Shown: positions 1 to 13,014 of the stretch, piece after piece
How the letters are laid out: every line of letters begins with the position of its first letter
Position numbering within the stretch: position 1 is the stretch's first letter
Assembly (NCBI GenBank): GCA_965645245.1
Contig: OZ287072.1
Span: forward strand, 2,108,001 to 2,172,000
Length of the DNA: 64,000 nt
From: Massalongia carnosa
Taxonomy: Eukaryota
Direction of reading: 5' to 3'
Translations under genes and position numbers: made by a program
Notes under the pieces: model-generated
What the model was told of the DNA's origin: nothing
Seen by the model: the letters and a program-made list of their open reading frames with translations, nothing else
Databases searched by the model: none

Positions 1-905
1 TCTCTTTCCCTCTCTAGCTCTAGATCCTATTTTCATTCATTCATTCTTCCTCCCCCCCCCTTCTCTGGACCCAAGATAAACATACCTACCCTATTCCCAT
101 CTCTCGGAATGTCCTGAATATCCCGCCATCTTCGCCGTAGGTATGTATTGTATTATGTGCTTTATGTAAGTTGTTGTATGCTGCAAGGCGAAGCTGGAGC
201 TGAAAGCCAAGGTTAGAGTTAGAGTTATTTATGTATGTATGAATTGAACTGGGGGAGAGGGATTCGATTAAATGTATCGCTAAATCAAAACATAATTTTC
301 TTTTATCTATCTATCTATCCATCCATCTATTCAATTCCATTCCATTCCATTCCATTCCCTTCCTTCCCCCCCTCCCTCTCAGCCAACAACCAACCCAGCC
401 AGCAAAGCCAGCCAGCCAAAACAGACGTAATCTTCTCTCTATACCTAAACGTGAGACCGAGACGATGAAAAGAAACGACAAAGGAGAACGAGAAAGAAGG
501 ACTTGTTTATATATATATATATATACATATCTTTTATATATACATACACGCACAAGCGAAGAATAGGTAGTAGGTACGAGTACTCATGAAGTCCTCCTGT
601 AGGTAGATTAGGTAGATGAAACGGGGGAATTTCGCGCGAGAGGAAGAGAAAGAAGGAGGAAGAAGAAGAAGAAGACTGAAAAAAAGATTTCAGGAAAATC
701 GACTGCTGTGAATGATAAAGTATTCATAGATAGCTATGTACTACGTGTCATGGAAAAATCGGGTGCCTAGAACACGCAGGCAAGCAAGCAAGCAAGCAAG
801 CGAAGAAGAAGTAGGAAAGAAAGACAGAAAGCAAGCGCAGTAGCGAAGCGTACAATACCCATGCTCTCACCCTATCATATTCTTCCTCTCCTCCCCCCTC
901 CCCCC
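1..905. repeat. Low-complexity/microsatellite-rich intergenic DNA
   Basis: (ATTCC)n ~334-357, (AT)n ~508-527, (GAA)n ~658-674, (GCAA)n ~780-802, TATC/CATC tracts. Confidence 0.85.
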
Positions 906-912
906 TACATAG

Positions 913-3900
913 CTACCTCCCCGCGCCCCGGCTTCCAACACTCCCACTGACGCTCCCGCTCCTGGCGTTCCTCACCTTCCCCCTCTCCAACTCCATCCTC
1001 AGTGCCTCGTTTTCCGCAAGTCCCTCCTCCAACCGCTTGCGTGCCGCGCTCCGATCCAACAGCCGAGCCTCCCGCTCCGCCTTCAGCCGCCGCTCCAGCT
1101 CTCGCAGCCGATGGATCCACCGCTGCTGGCTGGGCTCGATGGGTGCGCTGCGCGGGAGCAGCGCCGCAGCCACGGCGGACTCGCTGCGCTGGTTCAGGCT
1201 CGACGAGGCGCGCTCGAGCGTCTCGACTACTGAGGTGGAATGGTGGCGCATCAGCATGGGCGGCGGCGCGGCGCGGTCGCTGGCGTCTCGGCTGCCGTGG
1301 CCGTGGCCGCTAATGCTGTTGGAAGCCGAGCGGGAAGACGCGCGTGCGTGCATTTCTTGTTTCTGGAGTACAGCCAGCTCCGACTTCAGCAGGCGGTTTT
1401 CCCCCCGGAGTTTGGCGATCTCGGGCGCGGCGGTGAAGGTGCCCGAGACGCGCTGGCTTTGCACCGTCGCCTCGAGGCGGTCAAGTTTCTTGATGCGGGA
1501 CTCAAGGTTTTGCTCTAGGCTTTGGTACTCCTTCCAGAGATCGCGTTCAATGGTTCGGACGCGGCCTTTGAAGCCGAGAATCATGCCCTCGACGGTTTTG
1601 ACGGCCAAGAGCAAGGTTTTGCTGAAGGAGGGGAGCATGCTGGATACAACTTCTATGGTGGGGAGATGATTGTTGATGAGATTGTTTTGATGCTGCCAAT
1701 CGGAGCCGCACATGGTTGAGATTCGGGTCCAGAGGGTGAGGAGAAGATTGTTGCGTTCAGCGAGCTGGTCTTTGAACTGTTGTTCCAAGGCGGCGAGCTT
1801 CTTTCGATCGGCCTGTCTGCTGGTTTCCAGCTCCGTGATACGCGTGTCTTTTTGCGTAACGGTACGGCTTGTGTGCTGATGGGTTCGCTGCCACTGATCG
1901 TGTTGCGCTTTATCTGCCCGACGACCTTGACGCTCTCTCTCTAGTAGTTCCGACAGTTTCTTCGATTCAAGGCCGTGGCTTTCCAGCAAAGCATCTCGAT
2001 TTCGGAGCAAACGTTCTCGTTCGGAGAGATTGTTCTTGGTCATGTCCAGCTCCGATGCGGTAGATTCAAGCTCTTTCTGTAGTTTTGTGATTGACTACGA
2101 CAGGTTAGCCATGCACTCAATCAACTTATGCAAACATACCGTGAGGAAAGTTGATCTCGTCCCATTCGCATCGCCAAGCGCTTCTCGTAAGTTACTCTCG
2201 AGTTCCATCAACCGCTCCTTAAAGGTCGTAGCTTCAATCTCACTTGACTGCAGACTCTTCTTCAGCTTTCTTGATTCGTCCTGCGCCGCTGATGCCTCGC
2301 GGTTAAGATCATTGATGATTCTCTGGACATCCTCTTTCTCTTTGCTGCCAATCACCTCTCGCTGGTGCCTTTCTTCAGCAAGCCTCGATTCTAAATCCTT
2401 GACGCGATCCTTTTCGCTGCTGAGGCTGGCTTTCAGGTTGCTAACGTGGTCTTCGAGGTCGCCAATCTTGATCTTGTCGCCATCTTGTTCTTCTCGCAAA
2501 AATGCAATCTCGTTCTGACTGGATTCCTGTTGGACGGTCAATCTGGCATTCTTATCCTTTTCTTCATGGTAGTCCTTGTCTATGATTTCATTTTCGCGGT
2601 TAATTGCTTCAATCTCAATTTCTAGATCCTGAATCTTCTTGGCCTTGCTCCGGATGTCCTCTCCCACCCGCTGAATCCTTTCGTTCAATAACCGTACCTC
2701 CTTGTGTAGAGCATCTGATTGCTCGGCTTGGTCTGAAACTTGATTTTCGAGGCGCTGCAAGTCCCGTCCTTTCTGTTCTAACTCTTCCACCAGGGAGTTG
2801 ATTCGATGCTGTGCTTCGGTTTTCATGTCTTGCATCTCACCTTCCATCTCTTCTTGACACTTCAGCGCTTCATCCCGCTCGCTTTGCATTCCCTGTAGAT
2901 CCTCGGTAGCAAGCGCAATGTCCTCATCATAGATTTGCTGTAGTTTCTCATAATCCATTTTTACGCTGTCGATGTTTTCCAACTCATCCAACACGCTATC
3001 AAGATGCGTCGCTATTCTCTGGTTTTCCAGCCTCAAAGCGCTGATCTCATCGCGCAGCTCCCCGTTCTTATTCTCCAATGTCTCTCGTTCGGCATCACTG
3101 AGGTGTGCGACCCTAGTGATATCGCTGACTCGGGAAGCAGAGCGACCATGTGCGCGTGATACCGATCGTTCAAAGATGCTATCTCCAGCAACCGAACGAT
3201 TCCCTTCGCCACGACGTGCTCCTAGTTTCAGCTCCTCGATTTCTTGGTAAAGTCGCTCTTTCTCTCGATTTCTAGAGGTAAGCATCGATGTTTGAGCTCC
3301 CACTTCACGACGCAATTCTGCGTTCTCGTGCCTGAGCTGCTCGACAAGCGTACTGCTTGCCGCACTGATAGACCGATTACGAGCCACTTCCCGCTCAAAG
3401 CCGTCGGTATGGGGCAGGGTAGACAACGTTTGTTGCCGTCTCGTGACGTGGTAGACGTTAGCAACATGGTTGTTCGTGGTCGTCGAAGAAGAATCGCTTT
3501 TGAGTCGCCATATTTCTTCTCGGAGCTTCCGGTTGTCTTCATCTGCTTGTTCTCTACGCGCTGTCTCGGCTTCAAGTAGATCCTTCCACATGTCCTATCA
3601 AACAGAGGTCAATAGGATTAGACCTTACAGCTCAATGGCTCAACATACCATTTCTTCCCGTGCACCAATATCGCTTTCAGGCCCCCGTCGCTCCCCAACC
3701 TTTCTCAGGACCTCGGCCAGTCTCCGTCTTTCGCCTTCACGTACGGTGCTCTCCTGACGCATTCTTTCCATTTCCACCTCATATGTCGTCACTCGTTCTC
3801 TGAGGTACTTAACCTTCTCGTCCATAGCTTGCTGGTCTTCGTGATCACGGGTAGAGCTCGACTGTTCGGATTTGGCGTTCTTCAGGCTCTCGGCGAGCTG

Positions 3901-5553
3901 GTCGGATTTATCCCGCAATCTACGCTCCAGCTCTCTGATCGACCGCTTGAGATCGCGTGTTTCGGTCATGGATTGGAACTTGGCTGTCCGCAAGTCCACA
4001 TTCTCGGATATGATGGCCTTAACGCCTTCATCGGAGCGGCGATTCAATGCATCGTTCAAGAAACTGATCTTCAACTTGAGATCCCAATTTTCTTTCATGA
4101 GTCGATCTATGGTACTGCTTTGTTCTTTCAGGGTAAGGTTCTTGCCATGATGGCTGATGGAAGGGGTCGGGGCTCCGTTTCGCTTCTCTGGCGACGGAGG
4201 ACGATGGCGATCTCGATACTCCCGGGCCATGGTTGCCGGAACTTGAACGTCCCTTACATGTTGCGAGATAAGGGTTTCGGTTGGTGTGCTCAGGGATCTG
4301 CTCCTATCCTTTGGTGTTGCAGGCGCGACATCGCTGTCGTCCTGCGTGACTTCTGCCTTGGGACCGAAGCCCTCCTCGTTTAGAGTGCTCAAATTGCCTT
4401 CTAGACCACCGCCGATAGACCAGATTCTGTCTTCTCCGTCGCTGAGTCCTGAAACCCCTGATGCCATACTCCCTAGACTGGTCGTTCGAGAAAGGTCCAT
4501 ACTGGGCCTACTATGGACAGAATCTCCGAAAGGTACAGCACCCCCAGACTGTAGCGCATAATCTGCACCCACGGTAACGTCGCTCCCGCCATCGGCCGAG
4601 ATAGAAGTGTAGGAGGTATAAGAGGACCTTTGGCTGGCCATTCTGCTTGTCAGAACTTTAGGTCTTTTCCGCGACCTTGGAGTGCCAAAATCAGCGTCTT
4701 CGGCCTCGCCATCCGGAACATCTTTTTTGGAGTGAAATGGCTTCGTAGGGGTTGGAGAACCCGGGTGCGAAGCGACAGTCGATGGAACTATAGACCTTCG
4801 AGGAGTCGAGTCATGATTTTCATCTGTATCAGACGTTCTTTCGACATCGGACGTGCTGTGTATGGCATCATCAGCCGTCTCATAGCCACCTATGGATGCC
4901 ATGGAAACCGCACGAGACAGCGTCCTTGCCGCAGCAGCTGCGGTGGGAGAGGACGGTACAGTTTCCGAGGAAGCGGCATGCTCATGGTTACCATCAAGCA
5001 TTTGGCTGAGGTCTTCTAGCTTTGGCAGATTGGCGCGGTCAGGAGCCGGAGTTTGGTACATGCCCGGTGGTGTAGCTGGCGATTCTGGCGCATCGTTATC
5101 TTTGTAATTCGTTCGTGCTGTGGGCATGGATTCCGCCTCTTCATATTTCGAACTCTCTTCTGGGCTCGCGACTGCATCCTCACTTGGACAGACACCGCCA
5201 AACACAAAAGTATCGTCTATGCCCGAGCGCCCTGGCCGTGCCGCAGGGGACGCTTGCGGCAAGAAACTTGAATCCATATCCATCAGACGTCTGCGCATTT
5301 CTCTTTCATCTAACACGCTTGCGTCCCCTCCGATATGACTTCTCCCCTCCTCGCTGGGTGCCGTAAGAATGCTGTTCTCTTCTCGTGCATGATGTAAAGA
5401 GTCTGTGGGTTCCGGATGGTGGCTATCCTCATCAGACCCAGTCTCATAGCGGTCAAACTGAGTCTTAATGGGAGACAGGTCGTCGTCTGCATCAAAGCAT
5501 CCTGGAATTCGGGATTGTTGGCGAGCGACTTGGGGTATCGGCGAATTAGCCAT
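913..5553 (-). CDS. apsB: Anucleate primary sterigmata protein B / Mto1-centrosomin-type MTOC/SPB protein, ~1513 aa, 3 exons (5553-3649, 3594-2140, 2094-913)
   Basis: CM1 motif LTLKEQSSTIDRLMKENWDLKLKISFL, long coiled coil, C-terminal Mto1/MASC-like QQRWIHRLRELERRLKAEREARLLDRSAARKRL. GTATGT..AG introns at 3648-3595 and 2139-2095 join the three ORFs in frame. Confidence 0.9.
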
Positions 5554-5984
5554 TAATCGACGTTATTCGAAGCGGTGGCGCATGGAGTGGAATCTCGCAA
5601 AGTGTGTCGATTCAGAGCCTGGAAATAGAAAATACTGGGTATGGACATCCAGGACGCACTTCGGTCTTATTGAGCCGAGCGCACTACCATTGGTTGCAAT
5701 GTGACAGGACGGACTGTTTCGCGGTTCGTCATCGGAGGCATCGAAAATACGAGTAAGTACTCTGTAGCGTTTCTTGTGAACGGAAGTTTGACAAACGAGG
5801 CTCATCCAATCATGCACAGGAAATGTCGTGGTGTGCGCGTTTGCAGGAGCGCGACTTGCTGACTTGACGACTTGGGATTGACGTCGAGTCGGGAGAACCG
5901 GGCCGGAAATCCTCTAGCTTCAGCTGAGTCAGCGTAACTACAACTAGGTCAACCTTGAAAAAAGTCTTGGCATACTCTCTCCGT

Positions 5985-6020
5985 TCACGTGATGCTCTGC
6001 CGTCCCCATCTTGCACGTGA
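5985..6020. promoter_or_regulatory. Two CACGTGA E-boxes (Cbf1/bHLH type) upstream of apsB
   Basis: TCACGTGA 5985-5992 and CACGTGA 6014-6020. The same motif lies upstream of the prenylcysteine oxidase gene (9646-9652) and the HNH gene (42196-42202). Function is inferred. Confidence 0.4.
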
Positions 6021-6719
6021 CGAGGCGTATCGTTTGAGAGTGAAACTCACATTCCTCACCATGCATCCGTATTAACGACGAAAAGGAAAAAGGCGAAATG
6101 AACAGTCTCGACGCCGATGTCTCAAAATCCTGTACTCGATATATTATTACCTATCTTAAATCACAAACACCGTCCAACTATCATGAGGATACCACCCCCT
6201 CCCATTTCCCTTCCTCTCGTTCCCTTGCAGCGGATATCATCACCAAAGCCTTGACCTGTTCCTAGCGATGCGAATGATTTCCCTGTCGTGCCTTGCGTAT
6301 CACTAGATACGTATGTAGGGAGGGGAGGTAGGTGGTGCATCAACCATTCAGGGACGATGAAACGATTGTGTCCAAGCGACCCAATACGGAGAGCCTGGTA
6401 CCTTGTACTCTGTGTGTAGGCCAGCCTAGAACACCTTTTCGAGAGGCATGAAGCTGCACTTTCTTTTCCTGCCAAGATAATACACGGTTCGATTTTTCGC
6501 GCGTCTGAATGAAAAGATGTGTACTCTGTATGTATGTCTGGAGAACTGACTGCAGCCGACGGACCTGCCTTATCTCCCTCCCTTGCTATGAGGATTAGGT
6601 TCATTCATTGATTCGTATATGATTCACCATTCGCCCACCTTTCTTTATTTACATACCGCCATGTTCAACCCCCTCACAAGACAAAGCCCTTAACATCACT
6701 CCTCAACAAAACAGCGAAA

Positions 6720-7262
6720 ATGTACCTTTTTCTACCAATCTTCCTCTTCCTCTCCCTCACTCTCGCAACCCCTTTCGCCCTGGACAGACCCTGCACCCAT
6801 GACACCGTAAGCCTTCACTCCCTCCCTCCCCCTTCTCGCATTCCCCGCTTCCACCAGAAAAAAAGAAAAGAAAAAGAAAAAACTGTCAATTAAAACAAAC
6901 CACCTATCCAGCAATGTCACCACGCCCTAACCCTAAGCTGCCTCCGCTGCCCCAACTCTACCCCTACCGACCCTGGCTATTGCGCACCACCCACGCACCA
7001 CCTCTCCTCCACTAAAACCCTCTGCGGCGACCCCAAATTCGCCGCGTTCTGCCCCTTGGCCTGCGCTGCGCTCCGGAAACATTGCGTCGAGGAGCAGTTG
7101 CTTCCCCCCTCGGAAGGCGGTGTCCGATCGCCGGATCAGCCGCCGGCGGCCGAAGCCCAGCAGCAGCAACGGATCGTACAGATCCCGACTCGCGCGCTGA
7201 ACGATTTCTACCCCGGTGCAAGTCGGCCGGACCCCTTGCCCGATGTTAAGGGCTTTGATTGA
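6720..7262 (+). CDS. Small secreted cysteine-rich protein, 145 aa, 2 exons (6720-6806, 6912-7262)
   Basis: Signal peptide MYLFLPIFLFLSLTLA. Phase-0 intron GTAAGC(6807)..CCAG(6911) joins in frame to QCHHALTLSCLRCPNSTPTDPGYC...LCGDPKFAAFCPLACAALRKHC. Nine Cys. Confidence 0.7.
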
Positions 7263-7705
7263 GCATGTCAGGAAGGGAACGCGTGGGCAAGGGCAAGCGG
7301 GGCTGGACCGTGGAGCTTGTATATACCTCGTTTAACAAGAGATGAACGAAGATGAATGAGATAACGATTACAAGTGATCCGGGCTGCAAGGCTTTCGACC
7401 ATGTCTCAACGTCTTGCCAGCTTTCCAGCAAGGGACCATCCGTCCCTCCACCAAACCTTCGATTCTCTGCTCCAGATCCTTCACCCTCTAAATCCCCTCT
7501 TACCTACCCGCGTCCGTCCATCACTCTCACTTCTCCTCTCTTTTCAAAGCCCCCCACCTACCCACTAACTAAAATAGCCGCTTTAGTAGACGAGACATGA
7601 AGTGGTGGTACATGCTTTGTAAATTCCTAGCCATGCAGGACACTCTCTTTCACCAATTGCTACCAACCAACGGCGCACAGGTGAGCTTGAAAGGAGTGAA
7701 ATAGC

Positions 7706-9447
7706 TCATAAAGCTTGCCTCGACCTATCATCTCCTTTGCTTGGTTTCCCCAAGTTCTCATTTGTTTCTGCTATCTCCGCCTCTGCTCCGTTTGCCTCCT
7801 TCCCTTCCGTCCACTCCTCAACCACTAGCTTGGCCACATTCATGCCCATTAAAGAACTTGTCTCCATGGTGGAGATAAATCCCTCGATACCACTCGTGTA
7901 CCATAGCCTCCCTTCGTCCAGCTGCGGGTCATCGAATGTGACTCGCGGGTGGAGATAAGGGTAGGAGTGCCAGACCTTGGTGTATATCCAGGAAATATCG
8001 TCAGTGGAGATGGTATCGTCCACCAAATGTGGAGGAAGCCCGAGGATGTGAGCCAGGAAGGTGGTCGGGAGGGGGGCGGGAGAAAAGATTTTGTAGAGGT
8101 GCTCACGGCGGGGAGGGGTGTGGGATGGGTTGAGAATAGAACGCAGGGTGCTGATGCTGAAGAAAGGGATTTTAGAGGAGGATTTGGTGTTTAGGGGGGA
8201 CAGGGTGGTGAGAATTACGGAAGGGCAGGGGGAAGTGGGGGAAATATTGAAGGCAGGGGGGAATATGGGGTGGGGGGAAGTGAAGAGTGTGACATGTAGG
8301 GTAACGTAAGGAATGGGGGATGGAAGATGAGGTGGGAGGGGGCTGAGGGTGATATTTGCGAATTGGAGCGGGGCGGCAATGATGACCGAGTCGTAGGTTT
8401 TGGGGTGAATGGATGATGGTTCTGGAAGGTCGGTATTGGCGGAAGCAACTTTAATGGTGTACGTGCTGTCGGTTTGAAGGGCGATTTCGGTCACGCTGGT
8501 GTTCAGGAAGACGGTCGCTTGGCTGGCATTCAGCATCCCCGCAAAGATCTGCCAGTTGCCACCCTTGACGGACATTTGGCCTTCAATGGCCATGCAGACC
8601 ATGGTCTCCAAGCCGTGGATCTGATCTAAGTTCTGTGCGTAATTCACGCGTGTACTGGCCTGAATAATGTCCGTCGAGAAGGGGGGCTGGATCCCATTCG
8701 CTTTCAGTAGCTGACTTCCAGTGGTAGCGGTAAAGTTCGTCAAGCCCAACTCAAAGGCCGTTTCGGAAAGCGAGCGGAAGGGAAAGTAGGGCTTCTCGTA
8801 CATATTTAGAAAAGCATTGACGGTTTTCTTCATCAACGCCTGGTTACGGTAGACATTCATGATGCCGTACTTCCAGATGATTTTAGCAGCGTTTAACCAG
8901 GAATAGCCGTCTTCGCTTTGAGTGAAGACAAACTCGTCCCCGTTCCATACGCCTAGAAGCTGTGGCTCGTCTCCAGGCTGCGTATTCTCATCATCTGATA
9001 GCGAGAGGCCAAACTCTTTGACAGCATTCACAAGGTTCCTGTTAACCTTTACAAAAATTGAAGCGCCCAGCTCCACAGGTTCTTGAGGATTCCCGTATAC
9101 GTTGATAGTAGTAGATCTTCCTCCAACGTAACTCGATCGCTCGTAGACAGTGATATTTACCGGGCTACATGGGTCTTTAAATTTGTTGATATAATAAGCT
9201 GCCGATGAACCCCCAGACCCCGCACCTTTCCACAAATTAGCTGCGTGCTGGTGCAGAATATAACGAACTGACCGATTATAGCCACCCTTTTGGCAGGCTT
9301 TGGAGAATTGCATCGGATACTGCTAGTACTTTCTAGACTAGCTTTCGATGCGGGTATTAAGCTTTGTTTTGAACGGTACAACAGCCAGAAAGTGAATGAA
9401 AAGAAGACCAAAGAAGCAGCAAGCCGGCGCACAGCAAGCCTATCCAT
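7706..9447 (-). CDS. Prenylcysteine oxidase/lyase (PCYOX1-like flavoprotein), 2 exons (9447-9273, 9225-7706)
   Basis: N-terminal hydrophobic segment. The FAD motif RVAIIG|AGSGGSS is restored by intron 9272-9226. Also VELGASIFV, STRVNYAQ and WYTSGIEGFISTMETSSLMGMNVA. Confidence 0.92.
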
Positions 9448-9908
9448 TTCTGGTCCCTCAAACAAAGACGAAGATAAACTATAAAAACCTAGAGATATAC
9501 GAGAAGCCGTTAAAAGGTTCGGGCTAGCGGATGGCTTGGCTAGACAATGGAGTAACCTCACTATAACGTTATAATGGATGAGCTGGAGGGGCGACCCCTC
9601 AGCTACGCGTAAAGTAGCCGTTCCAAATTATTGATAAATTACATGCACGTGACATCACAGGTATATGCTAAAAAGTCACTTGTTAAAGATCGTAGTCTTT
9701 TATATATATCGGGATTTCAACACATGTCACGCTCAACGTCGTCAGGCCCTAGTAGGCAATATTCTTTGGCTGGACTCAACCAACTCGTGAAATGAAACAA
9801 TATGGTACAGCGATCCTCACTCCTGGGATGAGCCTAAACCAAAACGCCATTGCTAAGCCATGTTACGAGTACCCCGAAAGCATCCCCAATCATAAGTCAT
9901 AAAAATTT

Positions 9909-11440
9909 TCAAGCACCTTCACTCCCAAATTCCGCGGTCCATTCCGCACTTCGTTTGATATCGTCTTGACTTACCGTTGGCCGAGCTCCCTTGATTGCCT
10001 TGATGAAGTCTTTAAGGACCAGGGGTGGTTCGAGAAGCTTGTCCGAATCGACCTCTGTCCAGGACATTTCGATAGCTCCGGCATCGCCGGGGGAGCAGGG
10101 TGTCAACTTCTCTTCGCCGTCAACCGAAACCTGGTAGAAACATGTGAGTACACTGATTAGAATGGGACCTAGATCAACTAACTTTTTTGTAATGGGTAGC
10201 AGTCTGAATTTTCCGCACAGGCTGCATCAGTGCATCCTGGACAGCAATAGCTATATCACTGCCCGAATACCCTTCGCTCATTTGGCCTAAGGTTTTGAAG
10301 TCGGTGGGTTTGAGATCGCACGGCGTTGTGCCGACGGACATTTCAAACATACGCATTCGTCCTGGAAGATCCGGAAGACTTATATGGATTCTCCGCTGGA
10401 AACGTCTTCGGATAGCTGCGTCCAGTTGCCAAGGAATATTCGTAGCTCCTAGTATCAATACCCCTTTCGAGTCTCGGCCTACACCATCCATTTGGACGAG
10501 AAGCTCGGTCTTTATTCTTCGTGACGCTTCTGATTCCCCTTCTCCTCTGGGTCCACATAACGCATCCACCTCGTCGATGAAGATAATTGATGGTTTGTTT
10601 TCTCGGGCCATGTTGAAAAGCTGCTTGACCAATCTACAAAGGGCGTATGAGCTGCAACTGCCAAAGTATAGAATAAGCGCATCTCTCACCTCTCGCTTTC
10701 TCCCATCCACTTCGAGACTAGATCACTGCTGCTGACACTGAAGAAAGTGCTGTTTGCTTCCGTTGCCACGGCTTTTGCCAGATACGATTTGCCCGTTCCT
10801 GGCGGTCCGTAGAGTAATATACCTTTCCAAGGTTGCCGTTTGCCAACAAACAAATGAGGGAATTTAATCGGTAATATGACGGCCTCCTTAAGCGCTTCCT
10901 TTGCCCCTTCGAGACCAGCCACGTCTTCCCATCTGATATTGGGCTTATCGGTCAAAATAGCACCTGCTAGTGCGCCTCGAAGTTTTTTTGCCTCTGGGTC
11001 CTGTTCATCATCGTCATCGTCCCTGAAGTTGGCCTCATTAGCGACAATTCTCACGGCAGAAATGGCCCGAAGGTCTAGCCGGAAACCCAAGAGGTGAAAG
11101 GGGTAAGGCCTAGAGCCGTGTAGCTCACTCACTTCCCCTTCCCCCCGCCTCCCGAAACCTTGCCGTTCGACCCCACAGCAGCAGGCTTCCTCTTATTACT
11201 CTTATCAGCCTCCGCCAAGTGATTCTTCAGCTTCTCCGCCCGCTCCATGTATTCCCCTGCCTTCGCTCGAATCATCTCCTTTGACTTGGCATTCTTCTCC
11301 CACTTCAACGCCAGCATGAACAGCTCAAGCGATGAATAATAGAGTTGATAAGCCTTTTCGTACTCGCTCGCGGTATCGTTCTCTATAGCTTTTTTCACCA
11401 TCTCGATGGCCCGCCCAAGAAAGTCCGTGTTGCTACTCAT
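9909..11440 (-). CDS. VPS4: Vacuolar protein sorting 4 AAA-ATPase, 4 exons (11440-11133, 11022-10690, 10633-10183, 10130-9909)
   Basis: MIT domain, [13 protein letters not shown]alker A, IIFIDEVD Walker [13 protein letters not shown]-terminal TPCSPGD...EFGSEGA. Canonical introns keep frame. Confidence 0.97.
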
Positions 11441-12092
11441 CTTCAACGATGCCTAGCAGAGACCGTCAGACGTCAGAATCCTCTTGAAAGGACTTGTGGA
11501 TTCGTAGCGATGTGGGGCGTTGTTTAACAGGATATTACTCGAAAAGAGGTTCGAAAAGCATAGAGAGCTTACTACAAGTTTTCAATTGCAAAGCGGACCC
11601 CAGGATATATATTGAGGCTGTGAAATCTGCACAATAGCGCTGTCGAAGTTACCTCTGACAGCGTGATAGTGTTTAATACGGACCTAGCTACAGAGTACTT
11701 TTGTTGCCTTCGTGGTCGGCAAGGCGACAGTGGTGTGTAGAACCCAAATAACGTAATTCACCTGTATTCGGAACACCCGCTTATTCGGAACTAACAAAAC
11801 CACGAAACTTACTTTCTACAACTTATTGAAGAAAACCCTAAAACTGATTTAATAAGGTAAAGGGTATTATACACCCGTTTGCAAAATGGTGTGCCGAACT
11901 TTGAACCCCGAAACTGCGCGGTAAAAAAAAAAAAAATAAGCGACAGAATTGGACCACAGAATTTGGTGCAGTACATAGCTAATAGCCCTCCTCCCCTTCA
12001 CACTGCCCTTTGCAGTCTATAGGATAATATGGTTAATGATATCCTTTTGATTGTCGTTTGTATGAACTTTCAACGTAGTTATTCCAGTCATC

Positions 12093-12918
12093 ATGCCTCG
12101 AAAACAGCCTCCTAAACAGCCTTCAAAACAGCCCCCCAAACAGCCCTCCAAACAATCATGAAAACGAGCATCTACTACTGAATTACCTAGGAACTCAGCA
12201 CCTTCATTTAAACAAAGGCTTAGAATCAATCCTCCTAGATCATCATCACCAGTTTTAAATGCCCGTATTCCTGATCTTCCATCACGTCCACCTTTACCAT
12301 CTCCTCCAGCTTCTCCTTCGGCTTCGCCTTTACCTCCTCATCGTCTCCTCCTCCCCGAGCCAAGGAATGTTCGTCCGACTCGCAGTAGTACGCCTTCTCC
12401 TTGTCTTTCCGAGCTATCTAGTGCTCCTGAACCTGAGCCTGAGCCTGAGCCCGAGCCTGTTTTGTTTACTCTGATTTACAAACCAAACCATTCAGCAGTG
12501 GAAAGGTACTGTTTATGAGGAAAAATGGGAGAAAATGGGAATCGAACCTGGCATCGGCATACGTTTGGCTCGCGATGTCAGCAAATTTGCTAGACAATTG
12601 AAGCAGCAATCATCCGAGCACGATTCTGAACCTATAATTGTTCCTCCTCCTCCATCAGAATCACGTTCCTCCAGTCAATCTTTGCCAAAGAATTTCCGGC
12701 CAAGCTTCAATGTACGTCCGCTAACTACTAGGACTACACAAAAGGCTTTGAATGACGAGGAGGAGGGAGAGGAGAAGGAGGAGGACCTTGACGAGGACGA
12801 GGAGGAGGAAGAGGAGGAGGACAATCAGGAGGACGAGGAGGACGAGGAGGACGAGGAGGACGAGGAGGATGAGGAGGATGAGGAGGACGAGGAGGATGAT
12901 ACGGAAGACAGTAGCTGA
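12093..12918 (+). pseudogene. Second (accessory) ORF of the Tc1-like element, disrupted
   Basis: MPRKQPPKQPSKQPPKQPSKQS* (TGA 12159-12161), a Pro/Ser-rich part and (PE)n. Frame change near 12480 into QTIQQWKGTVYEEKWEKMGIEPGIGIRLARDVSKF, then an Asp/Glu tail encoded by (GAGGAGGAY)n. Confidence 0.6.
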
Positions 12919-13014
12919 TGAGGAAATTGATTTTTATGAGTTTTATTCAATACTAGACTGTCGAAACAATGCACCTGCATCATGTGAAACATCTTCACTT
13001 ATAGCCTGTAGTGC

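Noticed and set aside
1002..5366. Many plus-strand ORFs opposite apsB (also opposite VPS41, VPS4, IF2 and PP28)
   Set aside because: Antisense shadows of real coding sequence.
6161..6604. 147-aa minus-strand ORF
   Set aside because: No recognisable motif or splice support. It lies in a promoter region and is probably spurious.
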